Source: Chlamydiia bacterium (lineage in GTDB: Bacteria; Chlamydiota; Chlamydiia; Chlamydiales; GCA-2402025). From it: a stretch of 64,000 nt of DNA. The stretch's first letter is position 1. Each line of letters starts with the position of its first letter. The stretch covers positions 10,299 to 74,298 of the forward strand of contig JAJACS010000001.1 of the NCBI GenBank assembly GCA_022601395.1, in the 5' to 3' direction. The translations under genes were made by a program, and so were the position numbers. The notes beneath the pieces are model-generated. The model was given only the letters and a program-made list of their open reading frames with translations, searched no databases and was not told where the DNA came from. Positions 46,126 to 56,797 of the stretch are shown piece after piece.

Positions 46126-49100
46126 ATGACTGAACCTATTCTTTTTACAAGTAACGAGATGGATGCTTTAGCAAAGCGTTTGCATGCGCAGATGCTGAGA
46201 GATAAAGGACCTCTTCGAAAACTTGTCATAGTGCCTTCAAGTCTTTACAAAGAGTATCTATTCGAAGCTTTTTCAAAGCTAGATAGCAAAGTAACAACAG
46301 GCTTTAAAGTTCTTAAGCTGAACTCAGCAATTGACTACCTCCTAAGGCTTGTAACTTTTGAAGATAAGAAGATGCATGCGTTTGCATCACCAGCGCTTCT
46401 TTCACTTCATATTGAGATCCTGATTCATTCATATCTGCAAGATGGCACCATTGAAAAAGATCCCAGGTATGCGAAGCTTAAGAACTTCTTATCTCGAGAC
46501 AAAGAGTCAGAGGTGGAGAAGAGAGTAAGGGAAGTAAGCTCTCTTTTAAGTGCGGAGTTTACGCATACAGGGCTTTATGCAAATGATACGCTAGAAGAAT
46601 TTCTTGAGACGGAGACTTTTCAAGCAGCTCTTTGGGAAGATGTGTATTCAAAGTGGGATTTTCCATATAAGCTTTTTAAAAATGCAAAGATCTCAAGCAA
46701 GAAAGATCTTGAGATGGATTTGCATTTTTTCGGGTTTGCTCACATCCCCAAAGTTTATGAGAGTTTTTTCTCCAAGCTAGAGCCTTTTTTCAAACTACAC
46801 TATTACTTTTTGAATCCTTGCATGGAATATTGGGGAGATATTGTCTCTGAAAAGGGACGGATTTCTTTAAAGGAGTATTACGAGAAAAAGGGTGTCGCTC
46901 TTTCTGAAATAGAAACTCTTGATTCCTATTTAAAAAATAGGAACCTCCTTCTTGCGCATTTTGGTGATAGCATGAAAGAGCAGTTTAATTCTTTTGTGGA
47001 TAGGCCTGCAAATTTAGAAGAAGTGTATATAGAGCCGCAACATGAGTCTCTTCTTCACAAAGTAAAAGAAGATATGCTTCTTTTAAAAAACCAAAGAGAA
47101 GAGCCTGACCTACTTATAAAAGATGCCAACGCAGATGATAAGAGTATCAGTGTTTTTTCAGCTCCAACAAAAAAAAGAGAGATAGAGGCTTTATATAATA
47201 CTTTGCTAGGCCTTACAGACAACAAAGAGATTAGCCCCTCAGAAATCCTTGTGCTATCACCTGATATCTCTTCTTACTTTCCCTATATTCACGATGTTTT
47301 TCTAAATGAAGAGTCACATTTTTCGATAGAAGTGCATGATCTTGAAATCCAGTCGCAGAGTAGCTTTTTAAAAGGTCTATTGCAGCTTTTTAAATTAAAG
47401 GATCTAAGATGGGAGAAAAGAGAGATTTTGAAGCTCCTTTCTGTTCCATCTTTTGCTCTTGCTAGTCGCTTTTCTAAAGAGCAAGTAGCTCGGATCAAAG
47501 AGATTTTAGCTCATGCGAATATTAGATATGGCTATGACAAAGGACATAAAGAAACATTACTTCGCGCAGGTAGTAATAAGGTAAGTTCCATTGGTACATG
47601 GAAATACGCCCTTGAAAAACTACTACTTGGCCTTTCAGTAGAAGACACAGGAGATGTTCAGGATTTAGAATTTCTACCGAATCCCTATCTTCAAATGACA
47701 GATGCAGAACTTGTTGGGGATTTTATCCTGCTGCTAGATGACCTATATAAAGATGCATGCATTATGAAAACAAAGAAATGCAGCCTTATAGACTGGATTG
47801 AGTATGTGAGTAGGATTTCTGATCGCTATTTCAAAATAGATGAAGAAGACTCTTCAGAGATGTCCGGGTTTAGCTATTTCAAAGAGCAGCTTAAAGCTCT
47901 TTATCAGCTTGTTGGCAAGAGTAATGAAGAGAAAATTGGGTTCTCGTGTATCCAAGACTACTTTAAGAAGGCAGCTTCTAAAAAGAGTGGGTCCTTTGCA
48001 AAAGGTTCAAAAGAAGGGATTGTTTTTGCAAACCTTTCTCTATCTCATATTACTTCTTGTAAAATTCTAGTATTTCTAGGTGTAGATGAAAATTCCTTCC
48101 CAAGAGGGCCATCGATCTTTCCATTAAGGGAAATTGATGAGAACAAAATGGATTATTTTTTATCACCATCACAAGAAGATAGGATGTCTATTTTATATGC
48201 AATCTTGGCTACGAAAGAGAACTTGATCTTTAGCTTTTGTAGTGTGGATCCAACAGATAATAAACCTCTTTGTTTGAGTTTCCTTATTCAAGAGTTTATA
48301 AAATACCTTGATGACAACTTTTGTTTTTCAGAAAAGAAAATCTCAAAAGAGATAACGAAGAAGCATGGCGCCTTTTCTTTTGATATAGAGAGCCTAGAAA
48401 ATAGCTTCTCGAGTAGAGCATATGAGCTTGCAAAAAGCTACTATCATGAAGAAGAGAACAAAGCACATTTTTTCCCAGAGTTTTTACAAAGAGGTGAAAA
48501 AGAGAAGCCAGCTTCTTCAGAAGATGAACTTCAGATCAGTATAAGAGATTTATCTTCGTTTGCAAAAAACCCACTCCGTTTCTTCTTTAATAAAAAGATG
48601 GGTCTTTATTTAAGAGATGCAGAGAATCTTGAAGAATCCCTTGAAAAACAGTTTGTAATCTCAGCTCTAGAAAAAGCTATTTTTAGATCAGGGGCTCTTA
48701 CAAAAGGTTTTGATCAAGCGCTTGGACATGCAAATCATATAGGAAATCTTCCTGAGGGGATCTACTTGCCTGTTGCAGAGAGAGTGCTTAAAGAAGAAGT
48801 AGCAAATGTTCATGAAGCGTTTAAGAATTTCGATCTAACGCCATCAGACCTTGTTTCCTTTCACTTGGATACTTCTGCAAAAGAAACAGTAGAGATTGCT
48901 GAGAACAAATTCCTAATGCCAGCGATTAGACTTTGTGTAGATGGAAGAAATGTTGTGATCCATGGTGATTTAGATGGAGTGACTAAAAAAGGGCTTCTTC
49001 ATATGGGAAAGGGGAACACCTCTTCTGTTATGAAAGACTGGCCTAAACTTTTGATTTATAGTTTGCTTGAGCACTCTTTCCCAAAAGATTTACTGCTTCT

Positions 49101-49434
49101 TGAAAAGGGTCAAACAAAACCGATTCATGCAGATCTTCATAAAAACTTGGCATCATATCTACGATATTATGAAGAGGCATTAAAGACTCCTTGTCCATTT
49201 GTTCCTGACTGGGTAGAGGTAGCTCTTTTAAAAACGGAAGAGGATTTGGGTAATACGATTAAGAAAGCATTTTCACAAAGTTTCCAGGCAGTATATGTCG
49301 ATCCCTATATGAAGTGGCTCTATGATCATACAGAAAAGTGTGACCATGAAGTTTTATTAGACTGCTGGCAAGAAAGGCTTAAAGAAGCTTTTTCTCCACT
49401 GCTTGTATTTTTAGATAAGAAGGCGTGTTCATGA
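46126..49434 (+). CDS. recC: exodeoxyribonuclease V gamma subunit (RecC-like)
   Basis: 1102 aa, immediately upstream of and overlapping recB. The N-terminus (LFTSNEMDALAKRL...LVIVPSSLYKEYL) parallels the RecC N-terminus. No helicase Walker motifs, as expected for RecC. Confidence 0.7.
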   Translation: MTEPILFTSNEMDALAKRLHAQMLRDKGPLRKLVIVPSSLYKEYLFEAFSKLDSKVTTGFKVLKLNSAIDYLLRLVTFEDKKMHAFASPALLSLHIEILIHSYLQDGTIEKDPRYAKLKNFLSRDKESEVEKRVREVSSLLSAEFTHTGLYANDTLEEFLETETFQAALWEDVYSKWDFPYKLFKNAKISSKKDLEMDLHFFGFAHIPKVYESFFSKLEPFFKLHYYFLNPCMEYWGDIVSEKGRISLKEYYEKKGVALSEIETLDSYLKNRNLLLAHFGDSMKEQFNSFVDRPANLEEVYIEPQHESLLHKVKEDMLLLKNQREEPDLLIKDANADDKSISVFSAPTKKREIEALYNTLLGLTDNKEISPSEILVLSPDISSYFPYIHDVFLNEESHFSIEVHDLEIQSQSSFLKGLLQLFKLKDLRWEKREILKLLSVPSFALASRFSKEQVARIKEILAHANIRYGYDKGHKETLLRAGSNKVSSIGTWKYALEKLLLGLSVEDTGDVQDLEFLPNPYLQMTDAELVGDFILLLDDLYKDACIMKTKKCSLIDWIEYVSRISDRYFKIDEEDSSEMSGFSYFKEQLKALYQLVGKSNEEKIGFSCIQDYFKKAASKKSGSFAKGSKEGIVFANLSLSHITSCKILVFLGVDENSFPRGPSIFPLREIDENKMDYFLSPSQEDRMSILYAILATKENLIFSFCSVDPTDNKPLCLSFLIQEFIKYLDDNFCFSEKKISKEITKKHGAFSFDIESLENSFSSRAYELAKSYYHEEENKAHFFPEFLQRGEKEKPASSEDELQISIRDLSSFAKNPLRFFFNKKMGLYLRDAENLEESLEKQFVISALEKAIFRSGALTKGFDQALGHANHIGNLPEGIYLPVAERVLKEEVANVHEAFKNFDLTPSDLVSFHLDTSAKETVEIAENKFLMPAIRLCVDGRNVVIHGDLDGVTKKGLLHMGKGNTSSVMKDWPKLLIYSLLEHSFPKDLLLLEKGQTKPIHADLHKNLASYLRYYEEALKTPCPFVPDWVEVALLKTEEDLGNTIKKAFSQSFQAVYVDPYMKWLYDHTEKCDHEVLLDCWQERLKEAFSPLLVFLDKKACS

Positions 49435-52400
49435 ATAGTTTTGATTGCTTAAGCAAAGAGCAGGATATTGCAAAGCCTTACTTTTTGCAGGCATCTGCAG
49501 GCACAGGAAAAACGTTTGCTATCGAGCACATCTTTGTCCGTCTACTTCTTGAAGAGTCAAAAGAGATAGGGTGTGAGAAAATTCTTGTTGTGACTTTTAC
49601 AAATGCTGCGACAAGGGAGCTTAAAAGCCGCATTCATGCAGCTGTGGAAACAGCTCTCCACCAGCTGTTAACAAATGAGATTTCCCTGCCATATCTTATG
49701 GAACTTGATGAAGATCTAAGGCTTATCTATATCAAAAGGCTCGAAAAAGCTGTCTTGAATTTCGATAAGGCACAAATTTTTACTATTCATAGCTTTTGTT
49801 TTCATGCCCTTAAAACAAAAGGGTTTGATGCTTTTATTAACTTAGATATGGGGGAAATAGGAGAGGTTTCTTATAAGGATGAGCTAAAGCAAACCCTTTT
49901 AGACGCTTTGCTTGTTGATGTGAAACAAGACTCTTTTGGATATTCGGAGGTTCATAATCTGCTAAAAAGTTGCAAGGGTGATATTCATCTCCTTGTTAAT
50001 AAGGTTTTTAAGCTTGTTGAAAGTGAGCTTGAGTATGAAGAGTTCGAAAGCTTTATCAAGCTTGAAGAGGATTTCTTTATAGAGCTTAAGCATGCTCTAG
50101 ATGCTTCATCTATAGGGGGACTTGAAGAGGCGTTTTTACAGCTAGCTCCTTTATTTAAAGGTCTTTGCAACACAAAGAAAGAAATACATCCCCAGTATTT
50201 AGAGCAGGTCAGCCTTCTTGATAAAGGGTATAAAGAGGGTATATATAAGGGGCTATTTGATGAAATAGTCTATAAAGACAGCTTTTTCTTGGAAAAGTTC
50301 ACGGACGAGAACACAAAGAAAAAGGCTACTTTTGATGGAAACCTGCTTCTGCAGAAAAACCTTTTTTTTAAGTTAAACGATGTACTTACAGAGGTTTATA
50401 AAAAAGCGAGGGATCCGAATCGGACCCTGCTTAAACTTGCGCGTACGTGCCGGGACCGGATCGAAAAAGAGTACGATCAGGGAAAGATTTTTTCTTTCGA
50501 TGCTTATTTAACCTTAATGCTTGAAGCTCTTCAGAATAAATCATTTAAAGAAAAAATCGCTTCTTCCTATAGCGCTGCGATTATCGATGAGTTCCAAGAT
50601 ACTGATCCTGTTCAGTGGAAGATTTTCAAGACTCTATTTGCAAAAGAGGACTTTCCTTTATATCTTGTTGGGGATCCCAAGCAGTCTATCTATGCATTTA
50701 GAAATGCAGATCTACCTACCTACTTAGAAGCATCGTCTTGTTTTTCCAAAGAGAGTAAACAGTCTCTTGATACAAACTACAGGAGTGAACCAGCGCTTGT
50801 TGGAACATTGAATGACTTGTTTTCTAAAGACCATGCAAAAAACTGGCTATCATCAACTGGAAGTATTGAATATGTAGAAGTGAAACCTTCTAATTTTTTT
50901 GAAGATACTTTGTTTGAAGATGCGGGGAAACATGTACATGCTGCTATTTTTGAAGAGAAAAAATCAAGAGACAGAAGTTTCCCAAGTAAAGCCTTAGAAG
51001 ATGAGGAGCTATTTCCCTACATAGCATCGGAAATTTTAAAAATAAAAGACCAAGGGGAGACAAGCTTTAGTAATATCGCGATTCTGATAAGAGATCGTTA
51101 CCAAGGGAAGAGACTACAAAGAGCTTTTAGTAAATTTAACATCCCTCTGCAAATAAAAAGCCATAGCCCTCTCTATAAAACAAAGGCCTTTGCTTTTTTT
51201 CAAACGCTGATGAATTGGCTAAATGCCCCAAGTGATAAGAATCTTTTAAAGATGCTTCTTGTGCATCCTTTTATGGGGCTTTGCCATAGAGACCTTGAAG
51301 CTGAAGAGGAAAGCTCTTCTGCTGTTGATGCTATTTGTAAACTTAAAGATCTTTCAGGGGTTTTTGAAGAAAAAGGTCTTCTTACGTTCTATCAAACTTT
51401 TTTGGAAACCTCTTTTGCAAATAATGTAGCATTTGAAAAAGCTCTGCTTGAAGGAGAGAGAGCAGAAGACTATCAAGATCTTTGTCAAATTTACGAAGTA
51501 TTGATCGCGAGTGTAAACCCTCCCTATTTTATCCAGGATCTCTTGTATTTCTTAGAAGAGTGTAGGAGAAAGAAAGAAGATGAAAGCTTTATGCAAAAGG
51601 GGATTGTAAAAGAAGACGCGGTCATTGTAATGACAACACACTTAAGTAAGGGTCTTGAGTTTGGATATGTGTTTGCTCTTGGTGTAGCTTCAAGGCCGCA
51701 AGTTTCAGAAAACATACTCAGGGTGAAGGATACCTATGAGGTGTTTGATGGATCAAACAGCGAGCATCAAAGTCATCTTCAAAACATTGATGAAGAGAAG
51801 ATGCGGCAACTTTATGTTGCTCTTACAAGAGCAAAAAAAAGAGTGTACCTACTTTTTTGTTTGGATGAAGAAGAAAGAGAAGTCGCTTCTTTAAATAGAT
51901 CTGCAATGGAGCACTTTTGCAAATCTCTTGCTGGAACATATCTAAAAAATGACCTTGTTCAAAAGTTAAATAATATCAAGACGGCAAGTCTCAAGGTAGA
52001 GAGCCAAATAGAAGGTGAAAAAATAAAAGCCTTTGTACCGGTGAAGAAAGCTCCTCCACTTACAAAGCCAAAAGAGTATCATAAGAGATCGAAGGAAAGG
52101 GTGTTTGGTTCCTATTCAGCTTTTGCAAAATCAAAACCTGTTTTAGAGGAAAGAGTTAAGCAAGAAGAAGGAAGTAAAGATGTATTTAGTCTTCCAGCAT
52201 CCAAAGAGACAGGGAACCTTTTGCATGCAATTTTAGAGAAAGTGTTTGAAAGAGGACTTTATGTTGAAAAGTCGCAAAGAGTCCTGAAGGCACTCATCGA
52301 GCAAGAGGTGCAAGGGAGTCATCTAGATGAATGGAATGATGTCGTTTATCAAGTGATAGAAAATGTGATGCACCTTAAACTCAAAAGCTGTGATGAAGAG

Positions 52401-52754
52401 TTTTCTCTGTCGGATATAAAACTTAAAAATGTCACAACGGAGATGCCTTTTCATCTTTATGAAGATGAAATACACATAATCAAAGGATTCATTGATTTGT
52501 GTATCGTAGTAAAGGGGAAAATATACCTTGTTGACTGGAAGTCAAATTTTCTTGGGAACAGCATTCATGATTATGAAGAGAGTAGGCTTACTGAGAGCAT
52601 GAAACAGCATGATTACTTTTTGCAGGCGAAATTTTATAGTAGAGCTGTGCGCTCTTATGTAGAAGATAGTGATCTTGAGTATGGTGGAATGTTCTATGTT
52701 TTCTTAAGAGGCCTTGAAAAAGAGAGTACGAAAGGCGTGTATTATGTTTCTTGA
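49425..52754 (+). CDS. recB: exodeoxyribonuclease V beta subunit (RecB)
   Basis: UvrD-type motifs ASAGTGKT, IIDEFQDTDP, LVGDPKQSIYAFRNAD and TTHLSKGLEF, plus a C-terminal PD-(D/E)XK nuclease (GFIDL...LVDWKSN). Confidence 0.9.
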   Translation: MFMNSFDCLSKEQDIAKPYFLQASAGTGKTFAIEHIFVRLLLEESKEIGCEKILVVTFTNAATRELKSRIHAAVETALHQLLTNEISLPYLMELDEDLRLIYIKRLEKAVLNFDKAQIFTIHSFCFHALKTKGFDAFINLDMGEIGEVSYKDELKQTLLDALLVDVKQDSFGYSEVHNLLKSCKGDIHLLVNKVFKLVESELEYEEFESFIKLEEDFFIELKHALDASSIGGLEEAFLQLAPLFKGLCNTKKEIHPQYLEQVSLLDKGYKEGIYKGLFDEIVYKDSFFLEKFTDENTKKKATFDGNLLLQKNLFFKLNDVLTEVYKKARDPNRTLLKLARTCRDRIEKEYDQGKIFSFDAYLTLMLEALQNKSFKEKIASSYSAAIIDEFQDTDPVQWKIFKTLFAKEDFPLYLVGDPKQSIYAFRNADLPTYLEASSCFSKESKQSLDTNYRSEPALVGTLNDLFSKDHAKNWLSSTGSIEYVEVKPSNFFEDTLFEDAGKHVHAAIFEEKKSRDRSFPSKALEDEELFPYIASEILKIKDQGETSFSNIAILIRDRYQGKRLQRAFSKFNIPLQIKSHSPLYKTKAFAFFQTLMNWLNAPSDKNLLKMLLVHPFMGLCHRDLEAEEESSSAVDAICKLKDLSGVFEEKGLLTFYQTFLETSFANNVAFEKALLEGERAEDYQDLCQIYEVLIASVNPPYFIQDLLYFLEECRRKKEDESFMQKGIVKEDAVIVMTTHLSKGLEFGYVFALGVASRPQVSENILRVKDTYEVFDGSNSEHQSHLQNIDEEKMRQLYVALTRAKKRVYLLFCLDEEEREVASLNRSAMEHFCKSLAGTYLKNDLVQKLNNIKTASLKVESQIEGEKIKAFVPVKKAPPLTKPKEYHKRSKERVFGSYSAFAKSKPVLEERVKQEEGSKDVFSLPASKETGNLLHAILEKVFERGLYVEKSQRVLKALIEQEVQGSHLDEWNDVVYQVIENVMHLKLKSCDEEFSLSDIKLKNVTTEMPFHLYEDEIHIIKGFIDLCIVVKGKIYLVDWKSNFLGNSIHDYEESRLTESMKQHDYFLQAKFYSRAVRSYVEDSDLEYGGMFYVFLRGLEKESTKGVYYVS

Positions 52755-54429
52755 AACTCAAAAAATACCCTTTAGAGAAAAGCTTTTAGAGCTTGGCCTT
52801 TTTAAGGCTGTAGACTTTGCTTTTGCAAACATCTTTAAAGGAAAAGTTTCTGATGAGAGCTACAGCTTTCTGTGTTATTTGTTTGCTCTTGGAAGGCTTG
52901 GTCACCATAGCCTTCTTGTAGAAGGAGGAAAAGTGACTCCTGACGCTCTCGATCTTTTGCAAAGTGCTGAAAGAGACCAATTTTTGCTTGAGCTATCGAA
53001 AGGAGCGGAGCAACTTCCAAAAACTCTTTGTCAAAACTTTCATGGCAGCTTGGACTTAAGGCCTGTTGTTAAAGATAGTGATCGATACTATTTGCAAAAG
53101 TACTTTTTAGAGGAGCATCAAATAGCGACCTCTTTTACATCACTTTTAACAAGAAATGGCAGCAGTTTTGCCTCCTCAGAGATAGAAGATGCAGTACAAC
53201 CGTATGTTTCATCTTTAAATGCTGAGCAGCTTCTTGCGGTTAAGGGTGCTTTGCAAAATAGACTCTTTGTTTTGTCAGGTGGGCCTGGCACGGGAAAGAC
53301 TTATACCATTGGACACCTACTAAAGACTTATTGTGCGCTTTCTAAAGAAGAGCCGAGAATACTCGCTTGTGCGCCAACTGGTAAAGCAACATCACACCTT
53401 AAGCAAAAGCTAGGAGAAATTCCAAACATTGAAATCAAAACGCTTCATAGCGCTTTAAAGCTTAGAGGGAATCAAGCAGGCATCCTTAGCTACGATCTAA
53501 TCGTTGTAGATGAATGCTCTATGATAGATCTTCATGTATGGAAAACTTTTTTTGCCAAAATCTTGGAAAAGACAAAGGTTGTTTTAGTAGGAGATTACCA
53601 TCAGCTTCCTCCTGTTGAAACTGGGATGATTTTTGAAGAGTTGTTTCATGCAGCTGAAGGTGCTCATGTAGAACTTAAGGAATGTTTACGTATCGAAAAT
53701 CATAGCATTCATACTCTTGCTAAGCTCGTGAATGAGAATAACTATGAAAAGGCAGCTGAAGTTCTACGGTCACAAACAAAAGATCTTTGCTACTTTGAGT
53801 ATGAAGAAGAGAAAAATGTTTTAGCTATCGAGAATCTTGACCTGGTATCGGAGTTTAAACATTTTGAAGATCCGGATAAAAGTATTCATGAACTCTTAGA
53901 AGGTCTTAGAAAGATCTGCATGCTAAGTCCTGTAAACAAGGGCACCTGGGGTGTAAACACAATCAACGAAGTAATCTATACGTTTTTAAAGTCGAGAGCT
54001 ACAAGCGGCAAGATAGCCATCCCGATTATGATCACGCAAACGGACTACTCGAAGAATCTCTACAACGGTGATCTTGGAATCTTAATCCAAGACTTTTCTA
54101 GTAGCAGTAAAGACACGGCCTTTTTTTACATAGAAGGAAAAGTCACAGAGTTTAAAAAGCAACTTCTTCCAAACTTTGAGCATGCTTACTGCGTAACTGT
54201 TCATAAATCTCAGGGGAGTGAGTTTGAGAAAGTGGTCATTTTTCTTCCTGAGAAAAGTGAGCTCTTTGGAAAAGAACTTTTATATACAGCATTAACAAGA
54301 GCAAAATATAGTTGTATGCTCCTTGCAAAGAAGGAAGCGATGAAAAAATGTTTCTTGGGTAGCATACAAAAAAGCACTTGTAGCCTTCTTGTGAGATGTA
54401 GGAAATTAAACCTTGAAGAGAAAGCATGA
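52714..54429 (+). CDS. recD: exodeoxyribonuclease V alpha subunit (RecD)
   Basis: SGGPGTGKT, VVDECSMID, LVGDYHQLPPV, VHKSQGSEF and LLYTALTRAK. The likely true start is ATG 52744 (MFLETQK). Confidence 0.85.
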   Translation: MKKRVRKACIMFLETQKIPFREKLLELGLFKAVDFAFANIFKGKVSDESYSFLCYLFALGRLGHHSLLVEGGKVTPDALDLLQSAERDQFLLELSKGAEQLPKTLCQNFHGSLDLRPVVKDSDRYYLQKYFLEEHQIATSFTSLLTRNGSSFASSEIEDAVQPYVSSLNAEQLLAVKGALQNRLFVLSGGPGTGKTYTIGHLLKTYCALSKEEPRILACAPTGKATSHLKQKLGEIPNIEIKTLHSALKLRGNQAGILSYDLIVVDECSMIDLHVWKTFFAKILEKTKVVLVGDYHQLPPVETGMIFEELFHAAEGAHVELKECLRIENHSIHTLAKLVNENNYEKAAEVLRSQTKDLCYFEYEEEKNVLAIENLDLVSEFKHFEDPDKSIHELLEGLRKICMLSPVNKGTWGVNTINEVIYTFLKSRATSGKIAIPIMITQTDYSKNLYNGDLGILIQDFSSSSKDTAFFYIEGKVTEFKKQLLPNFEHAYCVTVHKSQGSEFEKVVIFLPEKSELFGKELLYTALTRAKYSCMLLAKKEAMKKCFLGSIQKSTCSLLVRCRKLNLEEKA

Positions 54430-54476
54430 TCCGTCTAAATTTTTACTACTTTTTTACAAGCGAAGGTAATTGCAGA

Positions 54477-55949
54477 ATGCTTAAATGTTTACATACAGCT
54501 ATTACTTGTTTTGTTTTTACGCTTAGTTCTTCTGCTTTCGGGTTCGAATTGGGAACCGCAGAAGAATCTCCTGAGAAGAATCTTAAAAAAAGCATTGAAT
54601 CCGTTATTTTTCACGCAGATCCCACAGCTCAAGTGGGGATAAAGATTGTTTCCTTAAAAGACGGGAAAACTTTGTTTGAAAAAAACTCGAATGAAAAATT
54701 CATTCCAGGTGGATCTTTAAAAGTGGTTACAGCTGCAGCAGCTCTGCAGCTACTTGGACCAAACTTTTGTTTTGAGACAAGCCTTTATACAAACGGCCTT
54801 GTTGATAAGGGAGTTTTGAAGGGAGATTTGTTCCTTCAAGGGTCAGGAGATCCTTCACTTACTGGTAACGACTTAGATAACCTAATCTTTGAGCTAAAGC
54901 TGCTTAATGTAAAAGAGATCGAAGGCGACCTTGTTTTTGATGCTACAGAGTTTGATGATTTACCTTTAGCGCCAGGATGGATGTGGGATGAAAAGCTTCG
55001 CTATAGAGACTCTCCCGTAGACGCTCTTGTGATTAACCATAGCTGTGTGAATGTTTGGGTAAAACCTTCACAAATGATTACAATGGCACCGCTTGTGAGG
55101 ATCCAACCAGAGATCCCAGGTATTGTGATAGAAAACAATGCATCGATGGGTAATATCGATAGAAAGAAAAATACCATCAAGGTTTCTACAAAGAATATCA
55201 TACAAAAAGATGTGATTCATATAGAAGGCTTGATGTCGCTCAAAAGTAAAACAATCCTTCATAGAATACCTGTGAAAAACCCTCAGCTGTATGCAGCAAC
55301 GGAGTTTTCTGAAAGGTTGAAAAGTAACGGAATAAAGCACTTCGGAAAGATACGTTTTGAGCAGATGCAAAAGAATACCAAGTATTTAGCAACGCATAGA
55401 TCAGATCCTATGTTTGATCTGACGATGCACATGTTGAAAAATTGCGATAATTTGTATGCGAACTGTTTCTTTAAAAAAGTAGGACGCAATCAATATGGTA
55501 AGCCGGGCACCTGGCCGAATGGATCCCAAGCGATTAGGGATTTTTTAGAAGAGTTGAATGAGCCTCTCTATGCAAAAGCTGTGATTCTAGATGGAAGCGG
55601 TGAGTCGGCATATAATATGGTAACTCCTAATCAAATGGTGTCACTGCTTAGTTGGGTAGATAAGGAGTTTATTTATGCTCCGGAGTTTATCTCATCGTTA
55701 TCTCTTTCCGGCCTGGATACGTCTTTAAGAAAGCGATTTGGTAGTAAGCATATGAAGAATAAGATTAGAGCTCATGTGGGAACTTTAAAAGGTGTTTCTT
55801 CGATATGTGGCTATGCTACTACAAGAGATTCTGAAACTTTAGCTTTTGCGATAATGATCAATGGTTTTATAAAAAAACCAAGAGAGATCAAGGAAGAGAT
55901 AGAGGATCGTGTATGTGATCTGCTTACTCGCTTTTCCAGGGAAGACTAA
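54477..55949 (+). CDS. PBP4 (DacB, peptidase S13)-like protein with substituted catalytic motifs
   Basis: The track starts at 54426; ATG 54477 gives the signal peptide MLKCLHTAITCFVFTLSSSAFG. It is colinear with E. coli PBP4 (IPGGSLKVVTAAAALQLLGPNF vs LPASTQKVITALAALIQLGPDF, MLKNCDNLYAN vs MLKKSDNMIAD, AHVGTLKGV vs AKTGSLQGV). See findings. Confidence 0.7.
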   Translation: MLKCLHTAITCFVFTLSSSAFGFELGTAEESPEKNLKKSIESVIFHADPTAQVGIKIVSLKDGKTLFEKNSNEKFIPGGSLKVVTAAAALQLLGPNFCFETSLYTNGLVDKGVLKGDLFLQGSGDPSLTGNDLDNLIFELKLLNVKEIEGDLVFDATEFDDLPLAPGWMWDEKLRYRDSPVDALVINHSCVNVWVKPSQMITMAPLVRIQPEIPGIVIENNASMGNIDRKKNTIKVSTKNIIQKDVIHIEGLMSLKSKTILHRIPVKNPQLYAATEFSERLKSNGIKHFGKIRFEQMQKNTKYLATHRSDPMFDLTMHMLKNCDNLYANCFFKKVGRNQYGKPGTWPNGSQAIRDFLEELNEPLYAKAVILDGSGESAYNMVTPNQMVSLLSWVDKEFIYAPEFISSLSLSGLDTSLRKRFGSKHMKNKIRAHVGTLKGVSSICGYATTRDSETLAFAIMINGFIKKPREIKEEIEDRVCDLLTRFSRED

Positions 55950-55951
55950 GG

Positions 55952-56377
55952 ATGTTCGGACATCTTCTTAAAGATGCAAAAAAAGACTCAATTACAGATG
56001 TGGAAGTTGCCATTTTGGCTCGCAAAAAAGATGAACTACTTCTTTTAGAGGAGCCTTATCTCAATCGGCAAAACTTTTATCATCTTCCTAAAGGCAGAAT
56101 CAAAGAAGGAGAGACAATTTCGCAAGCACTTCATAGAGTGCTTATGGAAGAAACTCTTCTTGCGGCTTCAGAAGTAGAAAAATTCTTAGCGTATCAAGAT
56201 ACTGAAACAGAAACGGGCAAGAAAAGAAGCTTTTATTTTGTTGTAAGTGTTGTGGATCCAGAAGAGATCCAGGCAAAAAAATACCACAGCTACGCTTGGG
56301 CAGTGCCAACAGAAGCTGTGGGATATCCGATTAAAGACGAGCTTAGAGAAATGCTCGATCTTTACATGAGAACTTAG
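55952..56377 (+). CDS. NUDIX-family hydrolase
   Basis: Nudix-box-like GRIKEGETISQALHRVLMEETLL: G-x5-E-x7-R present, RE to RV, EE kept, G to L. Confidence 0.55.
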   Translation: MFGHLLKDAKKDSITDVEVAILARKKDELLLLEEPYLNRQNFYHLPKGRIKEGETISQALHRVLMEETLLAASEVEKFLAYQDTETETGKKRSFYFVVSVVDPEEIQAKKYHSYAWAVPTEAVGYPIKDELREMLDLYMRT

Positions 56378-56658
56378 CCAGCTGCTCTTGCTGCAAACTT
56401 AGACTTTGTTCTAGCTGCTTTATTTCTTTTGTAGATGCCTTTCTTTACGCCTCTATCCATTAAGCTGAATACTTCACTTAGGTGAGTCTTAACGTTCTCA
56501 GCTTCTTTGTTCTTAAGAGAAGTTTCGAAAGAGCGAACTGCTGTACGTACACGAGACTTAAGAACTTTATTTACTTCTTTTTTCTTCTCGTTTTGGATCA
56601 TACGCTTTTGAGCTGTAGGTCTTTTAACTTTTTTGGCTACTTTTTCTTCTTTTGCCAT
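56374..56658 (-). CDS. rpsT: 30S ribosomal protein S20
   Basis: Basic 94-aa protein. RPTAQKRMIQNEKKKEVNKVLKSRVRTAVRSFE matches S20. Confidence 0.9.
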   Translation of the reverse strand: MAKEEKVAKKVKRPTAQKRMIQNEKKKEVNKVLKSRVRTAVRSFETSLKNKEAENVKTHLSEVFSLMDRGVKKGIYKRNKAARTKSKFAARAAG

Positions 56659-56797
56659 GGGTGTCCTATTTTAAATTGGGTCGATTAAAAATAAGAACTA
56701 TAGCACCTTTTGTAAAATTCGTCAAAAACCTACTTTGAAATAGAGAAATAAAATAACAATTTTACTTGCTTCGTATAGAGGTTTTTTTCATAGTAGG

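Noticed and set aside
55952-56377. Deviations in the Nudix box (RE to RV, G to L) as a second pseudoenzyme
   Set aside because: The G-x5-E-x7-R spacing and the EE pair are retained. Nudix boxes tolerate such variation, so inactivity cannot be inferred.
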